Shown here: positions 40,291 to 54,186 of the stretch, one piece after another
How the letters are laid out: every line of letters starts with the position of its first letter
Position numbering within the stretch: position 1 is the stretch's first letter
From: Octopus bimaculoides
Lineage: Eukaryota
Assembly: GCF_001194135.2 (NCBI RefSeq)
Contig: NC_068989.1
Coordinates: forward strand, 29,688,355-29,752,354
Direction: 5' to 3'
Length of the DNA: 64,000 nt
The notes under the pieces: generated by a model
What the model saw: only the letters and a program-made list of their open reading frames with translations
What the model was told of the DNA's origin: nothing
Database searches by the model: none
Translations under genes and position numbers: made by a program

Positions 40291-43255
40291 ATCATCATCA
40301 TCATCGTCGTTTAACGTCCGCTTTCCATGCTAGCATGGGTTGGACAATTTGACTGAGGACTGGCGAACCAGATGGCTGCACCAGGCTCCAATCTGATTTG
40401 GCAGAGTTTCTACAGCAGGATGCCCTTCCTAACGCCAACCACTTTGAGAGTGTAGTGGGTGCTTTTACGTGCCACCGGCACGAAGGCCAGTCAGGCAGTA
40501 CTGGCAACGGCGACACTCAAAATGGTGTTTTTTACGCACCACCTGCACAGGAGCCAATCCAGCGGCACTGGCAACGCCCTTGCTCGAATGTTTTTTGGTG
40601 TGCCACTGGTACAAGTGCCAGTAAGGCGACGCTGGTAACGATCATGCTCAAATAGTGCTATTTACATGCCACTGGTACAAGTGCCAGTAAGGTGACGCAG
40701 GTAACGATCATGCTCAAAAGGTGCTAAATTACGTGCCACTGGCATGGAAGCCAGACAGCTGTTCTGGCAATGATCACACTCGGTCGGTGCTTGTGCCATC
40801 ATGATTTCGATTTCACTTGCCCCAACAGGTCTTCGCAAGCCAAGTTTAGTGTCCAATGAAGTGGAGGTTGGCATTGGTGCCAGTCGTCGAACTTGGTTCA
40901 ATTTTGATTTCACTTGCCTCAACAGGTCTTCGCAAGCAGCGTTTAGTGTCCAATGAAGGAAAAGTATGCATAAGTCGGCTGGCTACACCCCTGGCAGAGG
41001 CCTCAGATTATGGTCTCCCTTGGCTTGCCAGGTCTTCTCACGCACAGCATATTTCCAAAAATCTCAGTCACAAGTCATTGCCTCGATGAGGCCTAATGTT
41101 CGAAGACCATGCTTCACCACCTCATCCCAGGTCTTCCTGGGTCTACCTCTTCCACAGGTTCCCTCGTGGCACTTTTTCACACAGCTATCCTCATCCATTC
41201 TCGCCACATGACCATACCAGTGCAATCGTCTCTCTTGCACACCACAACTGATGCTTCTTAGGTTCAACTTTTCTCTCAAGGTACTTACACTGTCGAGTAT
41301 GCACACTGGCAATTCACATCCATCGGAGTATACTGGCTTCATTCCTTGCAAAGTTACGCATGTCTTCGGCAGTAACAGGCCATGTTTCACTGCCATGTAG
41401 CATGGCTGTTCGTACACATGCGTCATACAGTCTACCTTTTACTCTGAGTGAGAGGCCTTTGTCACCAGCAGAGGTAGGAGCTCTCTGAACTTTGCCCAGG
41501 CTATTCTTATTCTAGCAGATACACTTTCAGCGCACCCTCCCCCACTACTAACTTGGTCACCTAGATAATGGAAGCTATCAACTATGTCTAGTTTTTCTCC
41601 CTGGAATGTGGCAGAATTTTCTGCACAGTTTCAGTGTTTATTGCTCTGGAACATCTGCCACAAACAAAAACTAACTTCCTAGTTAGCCTTCCTTTGATAT
41701 TGCAGCACCTCTTATATGTCCATAGCTTACACTGGGTACATCTTATATAGTTTCTACCTACACTTTTTCTACAGATCAAGCGGGGCCATCTACCTGAAGG
41801 GGTTTGTGCTTTGTCTACCTTCCTACTTATTAGGACTTTGGTTTTAGCTTGGTTGACTCTAAGGCCCTTCGATTCTAGTTCTTGCTTCCACACCTGAAAC
41901 ATCTCTAGTTCTGATAGTGACTCAGCAATTAGCGCAATATCATCAGCATAGAGGAGCTCCCAGGGGCATCCTGTCTTGAATTCCTCTGTTATAGCCTGGA
42001 GGAATATGATAAATAGGATGGGGCTGAGGACTGAACCTTGGTGGACCCCTACCTCTACCTGGAATTCTTCACTACACTCATTGCCAACCCTCATCTTACT
42101 GAAAGCGTCTCTGTACATGGCTCGCACAGCTCTCACTAACCATTCTTCTATCTCTAGTTTCCTCATTGACCACCAGATAAGGGATCGGGGGACTCTGTCA
42201 AAGGCTTTCTCCATGTCAACGAAAGCCAGGTACAGAGGTTTATCTTTGGCTAGATATTTCTCCTGCAGCTGTCTTACCAGAAATATAGCATCAGTGGTGC
42301 TTTTCCCTGGCACGAACCCAAACTGCATCTCATCTAAACTGATTTTCTCCCTAATTAGTTGGGCTATGACCCTCTCTGTGACTTTCATTATCTGATCCAA
42401 CAACTTGATGCCCCTGTAATTGTTTGTATCTAAAGCATCACCTTTACCTTTGTAGCAGTTGTCTATGGTGCTGCTACACCAGTCACTTGGTATGACTCCT
42501 TCGTGTATCACCTGGTTAACTATACGGGTGACTAGGCTATAGCCGACACTGCCAGATATTTTGAGCATCTCTGCAGTGATTCTTGATGGGCCGGGGGCTT
42601 TCCCTGTCTTCATACCCTTAATTGCTTTATCTACCATGGTACTGTCAACTCGGATAGCTGGTCCCTCTGTTAGGTCAACATTCGGCAGTCTCTCTTTCTC
42701 CCATTCATTCTCTTTATTAAGCAACCTTTCATAGTGGCATCTCCAAAGCTCTCTCTTGGCAGCCTCGTTTAGTGCAAGTAAGCCATCATCCATGCGGACA
42801 CATTTCTCTCCTACGACATCACGATTCTCTCACACACTGTCTTGCAACACGAAATACCTCAAGTCTTTGGTCCTCACAGTGCAGAACATTGGCAATTTTT
42901 TTCTTATCTGCTTCCCCTTTAGCTAAATAAACCTGACTCCTAGCTTCCCTTCTGGCAGTCTGATACAATTCTCTACTGCCACCTTTCTTCCAGTCCTTCC
43001 AAGCCTGTTTCTTTTGTCTAATAGCCCTGTCAACAACATTGTTCCACCACCATGTTATTTTGGGTCGAGAAGGGACTTTGCACCATCCACAGATCTGATC
43101 AGTGGCCCCCAGCAGGTTGTCCCATAGAAACCTCCAGTTGTCTTCTACATCGTGTGAAGTTATAATCCTTTCTATTTCATCAAAGGCTTCGAGTAATAAG
43201 TCTCTAAATCTCTGTCCATTCGCAGGATCTTTAAGTTTCCAGACCCTTCTCTTCC
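40291..43255 (-). mobile_element. RTE-clade LINE, relatively young, 5' end lost in gap
   Basis: (ATG)n tail at 40291, ~0.7-kb 3' UTR, and a 401-aa ORF (41588-42793) with QFGFVPGKSTTDA, AFVDMEKAFDRVPR, GVHQGSVLSP, LLYADD. The C-terminus (WYGHVARM, GRGRPRKTW) lies in a shifted frame. Confidence 0.96.
41588..42793 (-). CDS. RTE LINE reverse transcriptase domain (401-aa open frame within a disrupted ORF2)
   Basis: ORF track; the RT motifs listed above including YADD are uninterrupted. Confidence 0.85.
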   Translation of the reverse strand: MDDGLLALNEAAKRELWRCHYERLLNKENEWEKERLPNVDLTEGPAIRVDSTMVDKAIKGMKTGKAPGPSRITAEMLKISGSVGYSLVTRIVNQVIHEGVIPSDWCSSTIDNCYKGKGDALDTNNYRGIKLLDQIMKVTERVIAQLIREKISLDEMQFGFVPGKSTTDAIFLVRQLQEKYLAKDKPLYLAFVDMEKAFDRVPRSLIWWSMRKLEIEEWLVRAVRAMYRDAFSKMRVGNECSEEFQVEVGVHQGSVLSPILFIIFLQAITEEFKTGCPWELLYADDIALIAESLSELEMFQVWKQELESKGLRVNQAKTKVLISRKVDKAQTPSGRWPRLICRKSVGRNYIRCTQCKLWTYKRCCNIKGRLTRKLVFVCGRCSRAINTETVQKILPHSREKN

Positions 43256-45148
43256 NNNNNNNNNNNNNNNNNNNNNNNNNNNNNNNNNNNNNNNNNNNNN
43301 NNNNNNNNNNNNNNNNNNNNNNNNNNNNNNNNNNNNNNNNNNNNNNNNNNNNNNNNNNNNNNNNNNNNNNNNNNNNNNNNNNNNNNNNNNNNNNNNNNNN
43401 NNNNNNNNNNNNNNNNNNNNNNNNNNNNNNNNNNNNNNNNNNNNNNNNNNNNNNNNNNNNNNNNNNNNNNNNNNNNNNNNNNNNNNNNNNNNNNNNNNNN
43501 NNNNNNNNNNNNNNNNNNNNNNNNNNNNNNNNNNNNNNNNNNNNNNNNNNNNNNNNNNNNNNNNNNNNNNNNNNNNNNNNNNNNNNNNNNNNNNNNNNNN
43601 NNNNNNNNNNNNNNNNNNNNNNNNNNNNNNNNNNNNNNNNNNNNNNNNNNNNNNNATATATATATATATATATATACATACATACATACATATATATACA
43701 CACATATGTATGCAGGGTGTTCTAGCAACTTGAAACCCATTATACAAAATGGCATGCGACAAACAGTATCTAACTGTTAAAGTCCAAACAACAAATGGAA
43801 GCAATGGACAAATAACGTGTGAACAATGTAAGCTTCATCACAGGCATCCAAGTTATAAAATGCTGAGTATCTTAAAGTTTTAATCATATCAATGATAATA
43901 CTGATAATAACAACAGCAAAAGTTATGCTCGTTATTCCTTTCCATGGTATGTGGAACTATAAGCATTAAAATATTTTGTTTTTACATGAGTATTTGAAAA
44001 TTAAATAGAAAATTCACTGAAATCATGCAAGCAAATAGAATTGTCTAAGGAATATTTTCCTATCAGTAAGAAAAAGTTCAACTTCACTAAATAAAGTTGA
44101 ATATAGATGAAATACAGAAAAGAGAAAAAAATGGTTGGTAATTCCTTTTTTTTAAATTGATCATTTTAAAATCCAATTTGCTTTCTTCTTTACTTATTCA
44201 TTTGAATTCTAAAATAAATAAGGAGAAACATCATATTAAAAACCACAGGATAAATATTAGTACTTGCAACAGTAAGAAGTTGTACAGAAAAAGTGTGAAG
44301 AAATTGCTCATCTATGATAAAAGATTAGATGACAAATAAAAAGCAGATGGCAGCAAACATTAAAAGCATGAGTAAACTACAGAAAATAATATTTCAACTT
44401 TTGTTTTCCCCCAAAATGTAACTAGAAATAACAATCTAGGTATTTTCAGTGAACAATATAAGCTGCACACTACTACCTTAGACATTGAAAGAGAAAAGTG
44501 TCCTTTCTGCTAACCTGAAAACTTTGACTCATCAAATAACTATTTTGTTTTGCTTTTTCTATTATTTCTGCAAAAGAGTTAGGGTACACAAACAGCAATG
44601 CATAACACTAGCTGTTTTATATCATCTAAAGCCTTGAGGTTTTGATTTCAAATCTTTCAAACACCTTATGTATTTTTCATCTCACTAAGGATGGTAAAAT
44701 AAGTACTAATAATATATAAATAATGTCCATTATCCTCATTAAATACCCCTTTATACAAAACTAATCAAATACCTAGTTAACACAAAAGTCACCAATACCA
44801 CTTTTTTTCCCTTATCTCATTGCTCCCAACAACTGCTTTCCTTTTCTTACCACCTGTAAAATCTTTCAATTAAAGATTCTTATTTTTAAAAATATGCTAT
44901 CTAAACAGAATTCTATTTCAGGAAAGTTTTCAAATGTAATAAGATTAAATAGTTATAAGGTAATTTAGAACTGTTTAAAAATTTTTTGTACTATATTTGT
45001 CACCTTTTTTACATTGAGAGTTGTTAGTAACTAAGATCAATTAAAGTATATTAAGATATGATAGTATTACCAACACTGCTGTGCCATAGACAGATTAAAT
45101 CTTCAATCTAATTTAATAGTTAAAATTGTTTAAAGTAATTGCTATGTA

Positions 45149-46064
45149 TTGGGTCATCCCATAAATAATGTGGGTTTTTTTTTATACTTCATTATTTTTC
45201 AAAATTAAGATAAACCAAGTTCTTTTTTAATCTAAAATATACTCTCCATCATTTTCTACAATGATCTTCCATCTATCTGGTAAACTTGCAAGGCCCCTCT
45301 TCCAAAATTCACTTGTCCACGATGGAAAATACTCCTCCAGTACTATTCTGACCTTGTCTACAGAATTCATATTTTTTCTGTCCAAATGATTTTGAAAACT
45401 CTGGAATAAATGATAATCAGATGGGGCAATGTCTGGCGAATATGGTGGGTGAAGCATCGTCTCCCATTCAAACTGCTCCATCCTTTGGAATGTCATCCTC
45501 ACTGTATGTGGCCAAACATAATCCTGAAGGAAGAACGCCTTTCATCTTGAAACTAAATATGGTCGTTTTCCGATGGCACGTGGGTGTCGATGAATAGTTG
45601 AATGACCAAATCCAAGCTTCTGTGCTAGTTCCTCAACAGTTACAATAGGATTTTGTTCCATCAGAGTTTGCAGGACATCCTTGTTGAGCTCTACAGATCT
45701 TCCAGGATGAGGCTCATCTTCTAGACTGTAGTTTCTGGCTCGGAAATTCTGGAACCACTGTTGACACTGGTTTATGCTTCTTGTCTGATCCCCATATACT
45801 GCATTAATATTCCTCACACTTGTTGCCTTTATTGAACTAATAAAGTAAAATATGCCGAATATGCTTCTTTGTTACTTTCATTATAGCTTTAAAAAAATAA
45901 CTGTTAAAATCGAACTGCATTCTTCAAAATTTTCACTAAGAATAAGCATGAGTTAAAATTACTACCTGCTTTTATAGCAAGTTGATGCAGGTAGTATATC
46001 CTGTCCCCCTCCAACTTTTAGTTCATGCAATTGAAAATACCGCATTATTTATGGGATGACCCAA
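45149..46064 (-). mobile_element. mariner DNA transposon, internally deleted
   Basis: TIR ttgggtcatcccataaataatg at both ends, TA TSD in an atgTAcat context. Transposase starts at ATG 45881 (MKVTKKHIRHILLY*), HTH part ...LEDEPHPGR, C-terminal HPPYSPDIAPSDYHLF...DRWKIIVENDGEYILD. The central DD region is missing. Confidence 0.95.
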
Positions 46065-47429
46065 TACATTAGTCTTTTTGGTGGACAATTGTAAATAGTC
46101 CTTTTTAGAACATTGTCACATGTTGACATGAAGATAAAGATAATTGATAACAATGCTCAAAGTAGAAGTGGTAAATGTATAACAAGGAATATAGTTTTCA
46201 AAGATGCTCTCTCCTAAGGTTACACTTACAGTACTACTTTACCTCATCACAAGACTGACACACTTCAGAAAAATTACAATTTTAAAAGAAATGTATTTCA
46301 TGGTTCATTATAAACTTCCAACAACCTTATAGTTTTCAAAATAACAGTAAAATATCCACAGATACAGCTGGTATAGAATAAATGTACACACAAAAACTAT
46401 TACATTTACTTTTTATTATTTCTTAATGGTATAATCTTCTGTGAAGTGTTGAAACCAACAATAGATTTATGACATTTGAGGAATGAAAATAAAACTGTAG
46501 TCTTCTGTTACAGGCATTCTCGATTTTCAGATACCACACAATTTTTTGTAGTTTGCTAGATCAACTGCAACAGCTTATAAATAAAATGCTGATATACACT
46601 ATCTGTTTCAATAACATAATAGCAATGTTTGCACAAACAATTGCACACGACTGTCAGTAATGATTACATAAGAACATTCTGGAAACAGTTATGCTACAAA
46701 CTTCTGAGATTTACTTACAATAACAATGAACAGTTTTATTTCTTCAGCAACACTGAATAATAAAATCATTCTTTATCTATTGTCATAACTTCCACCGGAA
46801 AATATTCAGTTTTTAACCTTAAAATGTTAAAGTATTTTAAAGGTTGCATTTCAGGTTTGATTTAAATGATTTCATTCTAAAATTAGTAATTAATAGTACT
46901 TAGGATTTAATTCAAGACACAATTTGTTTCAAACAAAAGAAACAAAATTGTATGATTCAATGACTAACTGACCCTTCATAATTATTTTTGCAATTGTAAG
47001 TTGTTAAAGGCAGAAGAAAGCCATAGAAGATGCTCCAAATTTAAACCTCAGTGATCTCATTAAAGTTATATTTGTCTTTTATCTCTCTGATGAGTTGATA
47101 AAATAAATACCAATAGAATAATTATGCTTAGACAATAGATCGCCCTACCTCTGCTCACAAAATATATTGTGTACCTGGCTGATAAAGTACAATCATTGCT
47201 TTCTGAAAATTATTTGGTGATTAGAAAAAATTGAGAGACTAACACAGAAAACACAGCTGCACATGGTTCACTTAATTTTTATCCATTTTAGCTTTACATG
47301 CTTAGATTAATATACACAAGCAACCCATTGTTTCTTTCATCTAGTCTCAAAACAAATTTTTTTAATGTTTAGTGAATGGAGGCAGCTATTTATCAGAATT
47401 TCTATCTCCACTCTTTATAGTATGGTGCA

Positions 47430-47800
47430 TTTTTCATGCTGGCATAGTTTGAAAGGATCTGGCAGATCAAAAGAATGTGCTAGGCTCTACTGTCTACTTT
47501 GGTATGGTTTTTACAGCTAGATGCCCTTCCAACAACTTAGCATAGACTGGGTGCTTTTTACATGCCACCAGCAGCAGTAAGGTTACCAAATAATTTATAA
47601 GAAAATACATCCTTAACAGAAGGAGAGGGTAATATTGAGAAAGGTGGCTTTGTGCCAAATGGGAGGAGTATGAATAGAAGGACAGAAACAGATGTCTTGC
47701 AGTAAAGAAGATACATGGCTACCTCAGTAGGAGAGAGGGGGGAAACAGATGGGGAAAGAGAAGAAGGGAAAAGGGGAAGAGAGGAAAGGAGAGGGGGAAG
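47430..47800 (-). mobile_element. Family D repeat (RTE-tail related)
   Basis: ttttcatgctggcatagtttg...gatgcccttcc...agaaaggtggctttgtgcc, homologous to 5080-5400. Confidence 0.7.
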
Positions 47801-49054
47801 AGAAGGGAAGAGAGGAAAGGAGAGAAGGTGAAAGCTATTAAACACAGAAAAAGAACAAGCCCATTGATGGGATTTTAATTATATATCTATAGGAATATGC
47901 AATAAAATGTCCAATATCAGCTTAACAAGCTAGAGGATTGTAAAGAGCTAAAGTCAATCATATAGTCATACAATATAAAAAAAAACTTATCTACAATATG
48001 TGACAATCCATAAAGTATACAAATGCACTAGTGTAATCTTATAATCAGGGTAGTTAATAATAAAATCAGAAGTGAACATCAATCAACTCAAATCCTTTTA
48101 TGGAATTAAAAACAAATACAAAATGTAGACAGCAACAACACATTGGTAATCTTTGCCAATAGGGATGAAAGTGAAATATTTTTCTTCAACAACATTGTCA
48201 TAGTCATTATAATCATTCTACTCCCCAACCCATGTCAAATTTTACTACTCTATTTATAGACTGATCATGCTAGTCTTGTACTTCTTAATCATTTAATTGC
48301 CCACATTATCACAGCAGTATCTCCAACTCTAAACACTTTTCAATTTGACATATTCACTTCTAAACTCAGCAACTGTTAATCACAGTATTTGATCAATCAC
48401 AATAATCCTTTTCCCCAACATGTCCATACTACTTTATTCTTGCTTGCAGTCATCCAAACTTTAGAAATATTCTTAGTCCTAAATTTTTCTTTCTATCACT
48501 TAATCACCATCATCATCCCAATATCTATATGCTAGTATGCACTGCCAATCTTTTCAGTCCTCCATCCATCTGTGAGGCCAAACATCCTAAAATTTAGCCT
48601 CACCCTTTCTTTCTATGACTTCCTTGATCTTCTGCAACAGATATGTTTTGCAGTCAGCACACATTACTTTTTCAACTACCAGATGTCATCCATATTGTAC
48701 ATGTCTGGACCAACATACCCATCAGTTCCTGCAGGAATTGGCAGATGCTTTTAATGTTCAACTGCTCTCTTAACATTATCTTTATATTGCTCTTAATGCA
48801 AATATGACCATCTTTAGCTTCTACTCTTCTAAGCAAGTTTTATACAGTGTCTTTTGCTTAACTTCAACTATTTCTTGTTCTGTCGACCATTCTTTTATTT
48901 AAGTCATTTCCAGCTAGGAAATTAAAACTATTACATCAAGGTAGCCATCTAATTGGTTCATTGAATTTGTTTCATAGACAAAAAAATCCGATATTACTTC
49001 TAATTCCTATAAAGGATGACAAGCAGTCTGAATATGGTTCAACCATCACAATTA

Positions 49055-49262
49055 TCATAATTATTTCTAATTTAGGTACAAAGCCAGTAATTTTGAGGAG
49101 AGGGTGTTAGTCTCCAATATTTAACCTATACTTTATTTTATGGATCCTGCAGGAATGAAAGGCAAAGTTGATTCCGACAGGAATTCAGCTCAGAATGTAA
49201 ATAGTCAGAAGAAATGCAGAATGGTATTTTGTTTGATGCTTCAACAATTCTGCCAGCTCATC
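49055..49262 (-). mobile_element. Family B SINE, degenerate
   Basis: aggaatgaaaggcaaagttgattccgacaggaattcagctcagaatgt...ttctgccagctcatc. Confidence 0.75.
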
Positions 49263-49825
49263 ATTATAATCATTAATATTAATCATTTTAATGTGTGTTT
49301 TTCTAGGATGGCATGAATAGATCAACTTGTAGAAGGTTATAAACTGTTCAGAACAATGCTTCTAGCTCATGAAAATGTTTCACTTTTGTTTTAGTAATAT
49401 CATAGATGTTTGGCTATTTAAAAATCAAAAACTACAAAGTCTTACGTTTGTAAAGTTTGAAAGTTTGCCTGTAGTCCTCCTTGAAAAAAAAAAAAAAAAA
49501 GAGTGTAACATTGTGTTTCCTTGATATTTGTGGTGACTGGCTTCATGAATGAAGACTGTCTCATCCACTGCAGAATAATTTCAAAAAATCATTATTCATG
49601 CAAGTAATAAGAATTCTGGTATATGGATGACACCTATGACTGAAAGATTGTTGAGAAGTAGAGAGTAATATCATCTGCTTAAAAAAAAATCTATGTTAGA
49701 AATTACAGCAAGAAGAAACACCATTGGTAATAAAACTTAATTCTGAAACACCACCAAAGTAACAGAATTCAGTTGAGAAAGAATACTTTCATTACTTACT
49801 ATGGTGAAGTGAAGTGGTGTGTATA

Positions 49826-49856
49826 TGTGTGTGTGTGAGAGAGAGGGGGGAGAGGG

Positions 49857-49912
<56 letters not shown>

Positions 49913-49926
49913 NNNNNNNNNNAAGA

Positions 49927-50006
<80 letters not shown>
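49826..50006. repeat. (GA)n and (GAGAGAGAAA)n purine repeat spanning a 10-N gap
   Basis: Read directly. Confidence 0.95.
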
Positions 50007-50384
50007 CCATACGTAAATAACTTTGCCAGGAAATTTTCATGCCAGATAGTCATAACTTTCCATGAGATAAACATTATTCATGTCCAACATAATATAAGTA
50101 GATCTCGAGTAGATCTGGCTCAAAAGAAACTGAATAGGAAGTTGTTTACAACAGTCTCCATCACCTTTGAGATGTAAGTTAACTGATTAGCTGATGGGAT
50201 AAGATATTGTTTTCCATTACAATCAAATAGTCATGTTTTCATGACAAATATTCAGAGTGACAGGGACAAACTGGAGTGTTTATTGAAGATAGGAACAAGC
50301 GGCAAATTTGTAAGTACAGTTAAAAGATAACAAAATTAGAAGGTAACCACCATGCTGGGATGAAAGATTTGGAGTTTTCAATTA

Positions 50385-50750
50385 GCATGCCAGACAAAAT
50401 GCTAAGTGGCATTTTTTCTGTCTTTATGTTCTGAGTTCAAATTTTACCAAGGCTGAATTTGCCTTTCATACTTTCAAGGTCGATAAAATAAGTCGCAGTT
50501 GAGCACTGGGGTCAGTGTAATCAACTAGCGCCTCCCACAAAATTTCAAGCCTTGGGGATATAATGTACTATGACTGTGTTTGTCCCCCATCACTGCTTGA
50601 AAACTGGTGTTGCTGTGTTTATGTTCACATAACTTAGCAGTTTGGTAAAAGAGGCCAATAAAAAAGTACCAGGCATAAAAAAGAAAGAACTGGTGTTGAT
50701 TTCCTCAAGGTGGTGCCCCAGTGTAGCAGCAGTCGGATGATTGAAAAAAA
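50385..50750 (+). mobile_element. Family B SINE followed by a family C 3' half
   Basis: ttctgagttcaaatttt..gcctttcatactttcaaggtcgataaaataagt, then gtttgtcccccatcactgcttgaaaactgg. Confidence 0.8.
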
Positions 50751-51802
50751 TAAAAGAACCACCAAATTCCTTAGTAAAACTTAAAGTTAAAGGAGATAAC
50801 TCTTGTACCTCTCAATTGCATTACCTGCCAGAAATAGCAACCCAAATACTTTTAAATCAGATCTCAATGCTGGATATTCAAGAACCAAATGGAGGGCAGA
50901 TTTTCAATCCTGGGATCATCCTGATTCCAAAAAGGTATAATATGTCTATGTAGAGCAAATATAGACAGATATAGGAGTCCCAGACAGACAATTTCGCTTT
51001 TAATAATACAGATGCTATTTGAGCATTTTCAGATTTCTATTCAGTACAGCAGAAATTGCAATCATAGCAATGGTTGCAATCCATCATGAGGATTAACATA
51101 TTTAACAATACCCCATGATAAACAATAATCAATATTGTTTCCTTTAAATTCCCAGATTTTTGCAGTGACAGATGTTGATTTCATTGTATCTCTCTTCCAA
51201 AATATTTGGAGGTGATATCTTCTTGGTTTAAAATTTCAAGTCATAGTACCTATGTAAATGAAAGTTAGTAGGTTCATTTGTGTTATACTGATATACAATA
51301 TTTTTAATTAAGCATTTGTCAAGCAGGCACTCAATTGTTTTTCTTACACTTGCATGCAAGTTAGTTAACTTGGGAAGGGGAATCAGGCAGGATACAGAGT
51401 CAGTGGTGGTGAGTGAAATGTGTAATTTTTTAAAACTAAATTTTTTTCCTCTATTATTTAGCCCGTATATAATGCTTTTACATGATTAGTTGAAGGGGAG
51501 GGCGAAGAGCAAAAGAAAAAAGAGAAAAAAAAAGAGGGTAAGGCAAAGAGTGAGAGTGCTATGTATTAAGTCTATAAAATTGTGCATAAAGTATATAAAG
51601 TGTATATATATAAGGTGCATTAAATAACCATTGGATTCCAATTTCCTTCACTTTTCAATGATTAGCAGATGAGCAACTATCTTTTGATAGATACAACACA
51701 GATTATGCTTTCAGGTTTTTTGGATAATGTTTTCAGAAATAGCCCAATAAGTTTGCCATTGATTCCATGAAATATTCACAGGTCCCACTTGTTATTATTA
51801 TA

Positions 51803-51998
51803 AAGTAAGCTGGCAGAATCGTTTGCATGCTGGGCACAATGCTTAGTAGCATTTTGTCCATCTTTATAGTCCGAGTTCAAATTCCAGAGATTGACTTTGC
51901 CTTTCAGAGTTGATAAAAGAACTACCAGTTGAGTACACTGGGGTTAATGTAATCAACTCCCCCCAAAACTTGCTGGCCTTGTGCCAAAATTTGATACC
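51803..51998 (+). mobile_element. Family B SINE (first of three in tandem)
   Basis: gctggcagaatcgtttgcatgctgggcacaatgcttag...ggccttgtgccaaaatttg. Confidence 0.8.
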
Positions 51999-52000
51999 AT

Positions 52001-54185
52001 GAGGCAGTGAGCTGGCAAAATCATTAACACACTGGGCAAAATGCTTAGTGGTATTTAGTCCATCATTACGTTCTGAGTTGAAATTCTGCCAAGGTTGACT
52101 TTACCTTTCATCCTTTCAGGATTGATGGAATAAGGTGCTATGGCTTTTTGTCCGACAAAACTTCGTCAAACATCTTTTCATCCACATCTTTTTGTCTGAT
52201 GACTTTTTTGTCCAACGACTTTTAGTCCAATTTTAAATAAACTCTTTAGAAAACAAGGTGAAATATCTCTAATGATATATTCACAGAACTATAATGAGCC
52301 TCATTATAAGACTGTCATTATCATTCTTTTTCCTTCTCTGTTAACAGTTTTACTTTCTTTTTTTCCTTCTCTCTCTTAAGCATAGTGCTGTGTATAGAGA
52401 GTGCTGCAAATTTAGTGTATACATTTTTAATTTACTCATCCCGAAATGACAAAGTTCATCGTATCGGCCAAAAACAAAAGAAAAGTAGTTGATGAAAGTA
52501 ATTACATCTACGATTTCATTCAAGCAATACAAAACTAGGAAAAGAATACTGGAGATGTAAGAAAAGAAGGCTGTGTTCAGTGTGAATTCACACAGTAATG
52601 GAAAACAATGAGCTGAAAATTATTTATTTTTCTAGTGAGCATCTTCATCCAGCTGATGTAGATTTGTTAAATGCTAGAAAAGCAGTTGCAGAATCATGAA
52701 GTGGTGGAAAATATAGCAGCAAGTTCGCGTAGCATAATAGCAGATAAGTTTACACAGCTAACAGAAAATACTTGCTCTCAACTCCCTCATTTGCCTGTAC
52801 TTTCAAGGTGCAGACAAAAAAATTTCTGAATTTTCCGCTAATCCAGGGGTTAGAACTGGTTTTGAAATACCTGAAGAATATTGTAAACATGATAATGGCG
52901 AACAGTTTCTGAGATACAATTCATAGTAGTATTTGCATCAGAAAGTGCTCTTCAGGATATAACATCATATTGTCATTGGGCATGTGATGGAATGTTCAAA
53001 ATCATGCCAAAACAGTAGTTTCAACTGTTTAGCATTCATGTACAAGTTAAGTTAAAGGTAGCAGTTTTCCATGGGTCTTTGCATTACTGCTAAATAAAAC
53101 AAAGCAGACATATGAACTATTTTTCAAGCAATTGAACATTAGGCAACCTAATGCATATCTGCTTGATCTCATGGCAGATTTCGAAGCTGTAATTCATAAG
53201 TCATTTAATTCATCATTTCCTAATTCATCTATTGTGGCATGTTTGTTTCATTTGAGCCAATCAATATTTTGAAAAATTAGATTTAGGCCTCAAAGAAAAA
53301 TACAATAAAGACTCTGAATTCTGTCTTAAAATTTGATGTTTTTCAGCATTAGCCTTCCTACCCATTGAATATGTCAAAGAGGCTTACGAAGAATTAATAG
53401 ACAATGAAGAAATACCTGCTGAATCTATTGCTTACTTCGACTTGACTTACATAGGCATTGTGAGAGGACATGGTGCTAGATGAAGGAGAGAACCATTTAC
53501 ATTTCCGATAGTTGTATGGAATGTTAATCAGTGTATTCTTCAAGATCTTCCAAGAACAAATAATGTTGTGGAGGGGTTTTATTCTGCGATAAAGTATTCA
53601 GCAGGTAGAGCACATTTGAATATTTGGAAATTAATCAAAACTGTAAAGGAAGAGGAAGGGTTTGTTCAAAGTAAAATGATTCAAATTCTTCAAGGAGATC
53701 CATCAAGTTCATGTACACAATATCAAAGAATAACTGAATACCTCAAAAGATTGGTCAACATGAAAAATTGATTTTTTGAAGAGTGTGGCATATAATTTGC
53801 ATCAATTTTAAGTAATCATAATAAACCATTAATTATATCTTATTACTTTTTTAAAATGACTTTTCTTAAAACACATTTTTCCAGTATTTTACTTGAATCC
53901 TATCAATAAAATTCTCAATGATTATTTGATTTTGATGTTCACCTTGTTTTCTAAAAAGTTTATTTAAAATTGAACAAAAAGTCATTGGACAAAAAATTCT
54001 TCGGACAAAAAGATGTCAGACCAAAAACTGTGGACGAAGTGATGTTGGACAAAGTGACATCAGGCAAAAAGTCAGGTCATGATGAAATAAGTACCAGATG
54101 AGCACTGAGGTCAATGTAATCGACTAGCCTCCTCCCGCAAAATTTCAGGCTTTGTGCCTATATTAGAACAGATTATTATTATTAT
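52001..54185 (+). mobile_element. Family B SINE split by the MULE (52001-52134 and 54081-54185)
   Basis: The two halves join into the family sequence at gataaaataag|taccag. Confidence 0.85.
52135..54080 (+). mobile_element. Mutator-like (MULE) transposon with FLYWCH zinc finger, degenerate
   Basis: ~130-bp TIRs with ttttgtcc subrepeats and an 11-bp TSD gatg(g/a)aataag. Transposase from ATG 52446: YWRCKKRRLC..HLH (FLYWCH), DFEA..SFPNSSIVACLFHLSQ, LPRTNNVVEGFY. Stops and frameshifts. Confidence 0.92.
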
Positions 54186-54186
54186 T

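Noticed and set aside
49792-50074. ER-, LS- or HT-rich ORFs (also 14033-14374, 25349-25655, 39982-40314)
   Set aside because: Translations of microsatellites.
50860-51240. Possible par-3 exon 2 (gatgatcc/ggatc motifs)
   Set aside because: The frames I translated did not give the GGILD.DD motif, and I did not identify suitable splice sites.
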